The position numbers and the translations under genes were made by a program. Below, one piece after another: positions 40,518 through 44,479 of a DNA stretch of 44,479 nt. The stretch is from Hydrurus foetidus (Eukaryota): contig UYFQ01000679.1 in assembly GCA_900617105.1 (NCBI GenBank), forward strand, positions 1-44,479. The letters run 5' to 3'. A model generated the notes under the pieces. The model was not told the origin of the DNA and made no database searches. It saw only the letters and a program-made list of their open reading frames with translations. Each line of letters starts with the position of its first letter. Position 1 is the first letter of the stretch.

Positions 40518-40935
40518 TCCATCATTTTCTTCTACCCCATCAAGTGCGACTCAAGAAAACCCTGACAGAGACATAAAGAGCGAGGACCGTGGAGACCCGA
40601 CCCAGACCCAAGACCCGATTCCGGAATCAGATAGTATAACAAGTCAGAAAATTATTTTAAGTGTAATCTTTTGCGTGTTACATAAAGTCTTTTTAGAATT
40701 GTTTAACTCTATGCTCATTCGGATCAGTCAGACCTTATGATACTAATATTACCCTGCATGCAATAAATTATCTAACGTCACAATTAAGGTCAACCCCACC
40801 ATTACCCTACTTCCCTACAATATAAAATCATGTTATGATACACCATTTGTGAAGCTTCAAGTAAACGGAGCATTTTTGAATTCTATTGCGTTTTCATTCG
40901 CGTACACCAACCCGACGACTCACGCCATAGGGGTG

Positions 40936-41299
40936 TGTCGGAATAACTAATGAGCTAAGTAACCGTATAAGTTATTACGTATGTACATTTGATGACGTTT
41001 CGTACGTCGTGTGCTGTGTGGTGGTCGCTACTCCACCGGTCCAGGTTCCTTTAACCCAGGAACATCAAAATGATGAAAGTGCACCATGTTTGACTGTGCG
41101 GGACAGCGCGATCTTTTCGCCTGTCTCCATGAACGATGTAAGCGATGTTGCATCGTTAATTACCTTAATACTCACACCAGCAGAGCTTTCGCCTTGAGCC
41201 CGGGAAAGTTGCTAGCGCACGTGTTGAACCTGCAGAAGGAGCGCGTACCCAGGAAGGATATAGTTTCCATTCAGTGGAAACTGATCCTTAGTTACGACA
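40936..41299 (+). repeat. 3' LTR (364 bp)
   Basis: Differs from the 5' LTR by one substitution and one 1-bp indel, as read by eye. Confidence 0.97.
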
Positions 41300-41621
41300 G
41301 ACACATCATCACGCACGCATCATGCATCGTGCACGTACCACGTACACACACGTCACTCAACTCTCATTGTCTGATAATATTATCAACAAGCACTGTTACT
41401 GGCAATTCGAATTGGGCATCCATAATCCATATGGTAGTTTTGATGCATTCACCCAGTTAAGTAATGAATCCTGACCAGCAGATGCAACTTCGTCCAATCG
41501 GTTATTTCTGCAGTATGGTAGCTGAATCAGCACTTTAAAAAAAAAGTCGAATTCCCCTCATCCGTCACTGCGACAGCTGGGTGTAAATTACAAACTCTCT
41601 GAAACGTCTGGACTCGTCAGA

Positions 41622-42494
41622 ATGCAGCACCACTTCAGTATGACCCTACAAGGGCTTCGAGCAGCTGTAATCCTAATTTGTTTCAGCTGCTCGAGTAACT
41701 CCTCGCCAATATTCGCGAAAGCATTGCTGAAAACGTTACTTTCTCCCCTGTTACTGAATACATTTGAAGTACCTCAGGTTAATATTCCAACGGCGATCAC
41801 AACATTGCACCCTCTGCCACAAGAGGAGTTAGTCACCAGTTACAATAGAGGAAATTCATATCTAGTCATGGGAAAGTTCGAAGATGCTCTTGTTGAATTC
41901 AATCAAGCTGCAGAGCTAGCCCCGAATTCTGCCGATGTGTTCCTGTCAAGAGGCATCGTAGAGGAGAAATTACTCAAGTGGGATGATGCCATAGCAGATT
42001 ACAACAGAGCAAATGCCATCTACAAGAAGAGACCTTTTTCGGGTGACGATCCGACAGTGATATCGAATATCGCGAACGCAGAAACGGGATTGCTGCATTG
42101 GGAGGATGCATTAAGAGATTTCACGAAAGCTGCACAATTGAAGTCGGATTTTCTTGCCCCCCAAATTGGTAGAGCATTAGTATTGTATCAATTAGATCGA
42201 CCTGAAGAGACATTTCAGTACTTCAAGACTCTCGCTGTGAAGTATCCATACTTTCCTGACGGACAAGCTGTGCTAGCTGCAATATATTTCGAGAAGGGCG
42301 ATATGAAGTCTGCCACTGATTGCTGGGAAAATGCTTTGGAGGAAGACTCGCGGTACGAAGACATTGACTGGGTGTTGAATATTTATGGTCTCCCAAGTTG
42401 TCACGACCCTTGTTTAAACAAGATCAATTCAGTGCGTCATTATCAACGGATACTAAATCGAAGCACAATAGGCCGATGCATAATTCTATTCTAA
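41622..42494 (+). CDS. Tetratricopeptide repeat protein, cyanobacterial/plastid-type, with N-terminal targeting-like sequence
   Basis: TPR consensus (YNRGNSYLVMGKFEDALVEFNQAAELAP; FLSRGIVEEKLLKWDDAIADYNRA; NIANAETGLLHWEDALRDFTKA), followed by KYPYFPD and DSRYEDIDWV. Confidence 0.85.
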   Translation: MQHHFSMTLQGLRAAVILICFSCSSNSSPIFAKALLKTLLSPLLLNTFEVPQVNIPTAITTLHPLPQEELVTSYNRGNSYLVMGKFEDALVEFNQAAELAPNSADVFLSRGIVEEKLLKWDDAIADYNRANAIYKKRPFSGDDPTVISNIANAETGLLHWEDALRDFTKAAQLKSDFLAPQIGRALVLYQLDRPEETFQYFKTLAVKYPYFPDGQAVLAAIYFEKGDMKSATDCWENALEEDSRYEDIDWVLNIYGLPSCHDPCLNKINSVRHYQRILNRSTIGRCIILF

Positions 42495-42706
42495 TTTACT
42501 TATTTATTCATTAATTAATGATTGATTTGTACAGAAGTAAGTGACTGATGAGAATTGCCAAAAATGATAGCCGAACGAAAACAATTCATCATCATCCTAA
42601 TCGAAATTTGCATAATACTGTCCGTGAAATGACGCCTGAGTACAATGTACATTTCTGCCTTAAGTAGCAGGGCACAAAATTCTATCACGTAAATTATTGG
42701 CATTGT

Positions 42707-44479
42707 CTAATATACATCTATATCGACCCATGAAATATTCCATTCTCGCATGTAAAAGGGAAACATAGGAAGTTCATCGTGTTGGAATCGGTCCATGTGT
42801 TTGACATCCCCATAGTAAGTGGAGTAGTCGTGATATCCCAGATATCCTCTCATTCTCGTAATATACCCTGAAAAAGTGGAAAACCAAGTACCGACGAAAA
42901 TGTGTCCTCTCGTGCATACGATTTGGTCGATCATTCCTAGGTAATTAGGGTTAATATCTCTCAGTCCAGCGATGTCCATATAATCATCCAAATATCGAAC
43001 CACTGGAAATCTGTCATGAAAAGCATCGAAGAAAGACTTGTTTCTTTCATCGGTCGCGACAAACACTAATTCGTTCCTGGGAATGTGATGTCCGACATTC
43101 GTCATCATTTCTGCAGCAGAAATCTTAACCGCTTTGTACTGGAAGTCCCCCCTAAATTGATTGAATAAACAGGACATTAGCGTTGACATATTTTAGAAGT
43201 AATCGAATGTTAGATCAATGTATGAAAGAGATATCATTTTCGACAACGCATATCCAGCATTGAGTGGCATATATTGCCACATCATTCGAATCATGCAAAA
43301 GCTCTGAGAGAACAGAGAACAGATTCTAGTCTGCTGTAATCGCACATACATCAGTCTATGACATTCAGCTATCTGTGTACATACGCACCTTCTTATGTGA
43401 AACGCAGAATATTCCCCCTTTCCCTCTTCTTTCAATTTGTTGATAATAATTGCTGCTTTGCAAAATATAGTATCCGTATAGTGCACGAAATCTCTTACAA
43501 ATCGTTTGTAGTATCTGTCCATAAAGGGGTCTTGAAAATGTATGAATGTGTAGAAATGTTCGAGTAATCGGAAGCCAGTTAGAGGATTTGATTCAAAATG
43601 AACAACTTTTTGTGCCTGCCAACTTTCATTGTAGTAATGAGGTGTTCTTGATGCTGCAAATGTTTTGAGCCGTTCCGCATATTTATCAGCATCAGGCCTG
43701 AGAGAAACATCAACACCCGGAGCGACAGGAATAATGATGAATTCTTTCATGCATTTCCATGTTGGACAAGCGCTCACATGGCGTAAGTATCTCCACATAG
43801 CTCTCCTATCATCCCTCAGTGTTCCGATAAACTCCGTCTGATTGTTAGGAGGATAAGATACTTCGTTGTTTGAGATGTTTTTTAGTCTTCCAGTAACGGC
43901 TTCCCTTTCCATGAATTCTGTCATTGTGATGACAGGTACTCTTTTATTGATCAATTCAAACGGAAAAAAATCTGCAAAGGAATGTGCGGTCTGGTGTCCC
44001 TTTCCAGCATTCAGAAGATACATTGGCTGATCAGGAGGAAGCACTAATGTTCTGGAGGTGGCCGCAGCAAAAACAACTACAGTCTCCATCTGCATCCTAA
44101 TGTTATTCCACCCTCCCACATCTGGATGATGAATCATTTGAAAAAATAATGTAGATGAAGATTTGTGTCTATCTGAAATTATGATCTCGACTGTTATTTT
44201 GAGCAGGTTCAAATATTATAAATCACAAATGGATCACTGAAGATACCTGGCTCGAATGTGACGTATCTAGTGTCAGCTCCTTCAATGTAATAAGGAGATA
44301 CATAAGCCAAGTCTTCTGCTGTAGCTGGCTTCCAAAACTGTATCAAGTCAGCGTGAGGGCATAGCAGCTCGTGATGGACCACTGATGGTGCTGCTATCAC
44401 CTCAGTTGGAGGTTCAGTCTCTGGTCCTTTCACAACAACTTCGATAGAAGGAATTTCTCTAATAGGTCGTGCTAACTGT
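42707..44479 (-). CDS. GDP-fucose protein O-fucosyltransferase family (POFUT2/O-FucT-like); 5' end outside window
   Basis: Spliced motifs YVTFEP-DVGGWNNIRM, RTLVLPP, AFHIRR-GDFQY, FVATDE, IDQIVC, FVGTWFSTFSGYITRMRG. Exons approx. 44479-44248, 44122-43389, 43152-42707. Confidence 0.9.

Larger units (their letters stand above)
34942..41299 (+). mobile_element. Full-length Ty1/Copia LTR retrotransposon (CoDi-like)
   Basis: Two LTRs bounded TGTCG...CGACA. 5-bp TSD GACAC at 34937-34941 and 41300-41304. Domain order gag-PR-IN-RT-RH. Short purine tract AGGGGTG before the 3' LTR. Confidence 0.97.

Overview
Intron-rich eukaryotic DNA, probably from an ochrophyte/stramenopile alga (inferred from signal-peptide+Phe plastid-type presequences and a diatom CoDi-like Copia element). 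Left to right: 3' part of a multi-exon EF-hand gene; a coiled-coil ORF; a YccU-like CoA-binding protein; a signal-peptide-bearing protein kinase resembling giant-virus kinases; a 12-exon NRPS-like gene; a coiled-coil gene; a ~790-bp foldback palindrome; two tandem 'CTFxP/RLY'-repeat paralogs; a CCDC6-like gene; a TA-flanked MITE pair; a young full-length Ty1/Copia retrotransposon; a TPR protein; and a GDP-fucose O-fucosyltransferase. The main candidate for a new system is the NRPS-like gene: when spliced by hand it joins a glycine-code adenylation domain, a carrier domain and a membrane acyltransferase-3 domain in one protein. The second is the Copia element, which lacks a canonical tRNA primer-binding site; its PBS position is instead complementary to its own LTR, suggesting self-priming. 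Exon models were read manually from splice sites and reading-frame phase; no database searches were run.
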